Shown here piece after piece: positions 62,982 through 64,000 of a DNA stretch of 64,000 nucleotides; the first letter of the stretch is position 1; each line of letters starts with the position of its first letter. The position numbers and the translations under genes are program-made. The notes under the pieces are model-generated. The model searched no databases. It was given only the letters and a program-made list of their open reading frames with translations, and was not told the origin of the DNA. The stretch covers positions 5,146,001 through 5,210,000 of the forward strand of contig JANJGN010000022.1 of assembly GCA_026770705.1 (NCBI GenBank), in the 5' to 3' direction. The stretch is from Isurus oxyrinchus. Its lineage: Eukaryota.

Positions 62982-63119
62982 CAACGATTTCAATACACGG
63001 CCAAAATGAACACAGCAAAGGAAACCTGGAGAGCAAAGACAACAAAACTGATGGGGAGAGGCCCCTGGCATGCTGGCCTCCCAGATCATCCCTTCACGGA
63101 ATCACCAATGGAATACCCA
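62982..63119 (+). CDS. NOV-like gene, exon 36 (last visible)
   Basis: ataaag|CA...CCCA|gtaaga, phase 1-1; ...DGERPLACWPPRSS. Confidence 0.75.
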
Positions 63120-64000
63120 GTAAGAAATTCCTCTGCTTACATGGTTGAAGGGGGAGAACGAAAATAATAACCTCTATTATTCAGGGTACTACAAATGGGA
63201 CAGTAACTTTTCTGTACAGAATAATGGGAGTGAGTTTCTGACTGTAATCACAATTGAAGGGCACTCAATGCTGAGATTGACATTCAGGTAATTTATTGTC
63301 ATTGCAATCCTGAATGTATAATCTTTATTTTAAAGCAATGGAATTGAATAAAATAAATGTTATGACTGGAAACGCATTGCATGAAATAATGCCGGAAGCA
63401 GATCAAATAGTCATTCTCAAAAGGGAATTGGATAAAGGAAAGATTTGCGGGGCTATAGGGAAAGAGCAGGAGGGGGGAACCAACTGGAAAGCTCATTCAG
63501 ACTTGGCACAGGATGATGCGGTGTGTGGAATGGCCTTCCATCGATGCTGTGAGATTCTTTAAAAAAAAAAATTGTTAGAAATTTGAAGCATAGAAAAGGC
63601 TTGAAATAAACCAGTTAATCAGCGTTGGAAGAGAATACGCGGGTTAATGTTTTGAGGGGTAACTTTTGCCAGGCGACAGAAACTTTAAGTTGTCTCTGCA
63701 GATACTGATCAACCTGATTTGTATTCCAGAATTTTCTGTAGCTGCTTCAGTTCTGTGTTCTTTGGATCAGGAGCCAGCTGTTTATTGTTGCTGCCCACTT
63801 TGAGGATTGTACTAGGTTGTCTCCTAGTTTAGACCTGCAGGTTATCTGATTCCGCCAGAAGGAGGTCGAATTATGGCTGATATCTCGTGTCCACCCCATT
63901 TTGAGGCACTGGCAGATCTGAACTAAAAACAAACCGGTGGAAATACAAGGCAAATCAGTCAGCATCTGAAAAGCGGAAGGACAGCTTGTGACTTTTCAAT

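Larger units (their letters stand above)
1783..63119 (+). other. Partial multi-exon gene (36 exons visible) encoding a NO VEIN-like / sacsin-related GHKL ATPase protein; 5' and 3' ends are outside the window
   Basis: 36 AG/GT-bounded exons join with matching phases into about 6,118 nt of uninterrupted ORF. GHKL motifs ELIQNADD, NNECGF, STK and GQKGIGFKSVF are followed by the sacsin/NOV-type motif VFAFLPVRSFGFRFIIQGDFDIPSSREDI. From memory this resembles plant NO VEIN and fish wu:fj29h11-type genes (not verified by search). Confidence 0.88.

Overview
Eukaryotic genomic DNA, most likely from a cartilaginous fish (inferred from the SINE/LINE repertoire). The whole window lies inside one large + strand gene. 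I traced by hand 36 GT-AG exons (1783-63119) that splice phase-compatibly into one open frame of about 6.1 kb (about 2,040 codons); the start and stop codons are outside the window. The protein carries a single sacsin-type GHKL (Hsp90/MutL-like) ATPase module (ELIQNADDN...NNECGF...GQKGIGFKSVF...FLPVRSFGFRFIIQGDFDIPSSREDI) and best fits the NO VEIN (NOV)-like family rather than sacsin. The introns are full of CR1/L2-type LINE fragments, tRNA-derived and Deu-domain SINEs, short TIR elements, a solo LTR with a clean 5-bp TSD, and palindromic elements resembling Penelope-derived repeats with decayed hammerhead-like cores. The most striking non-coding feature is a CpG-rich 16-bp minisatellite of about 3.1 kb (11712-14790) that appears to have grown out of the arm of one such element inside a nested insertion. 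Most ORFs in the supplied track are spurious. All family assignments come from motif recognition, not database searches.
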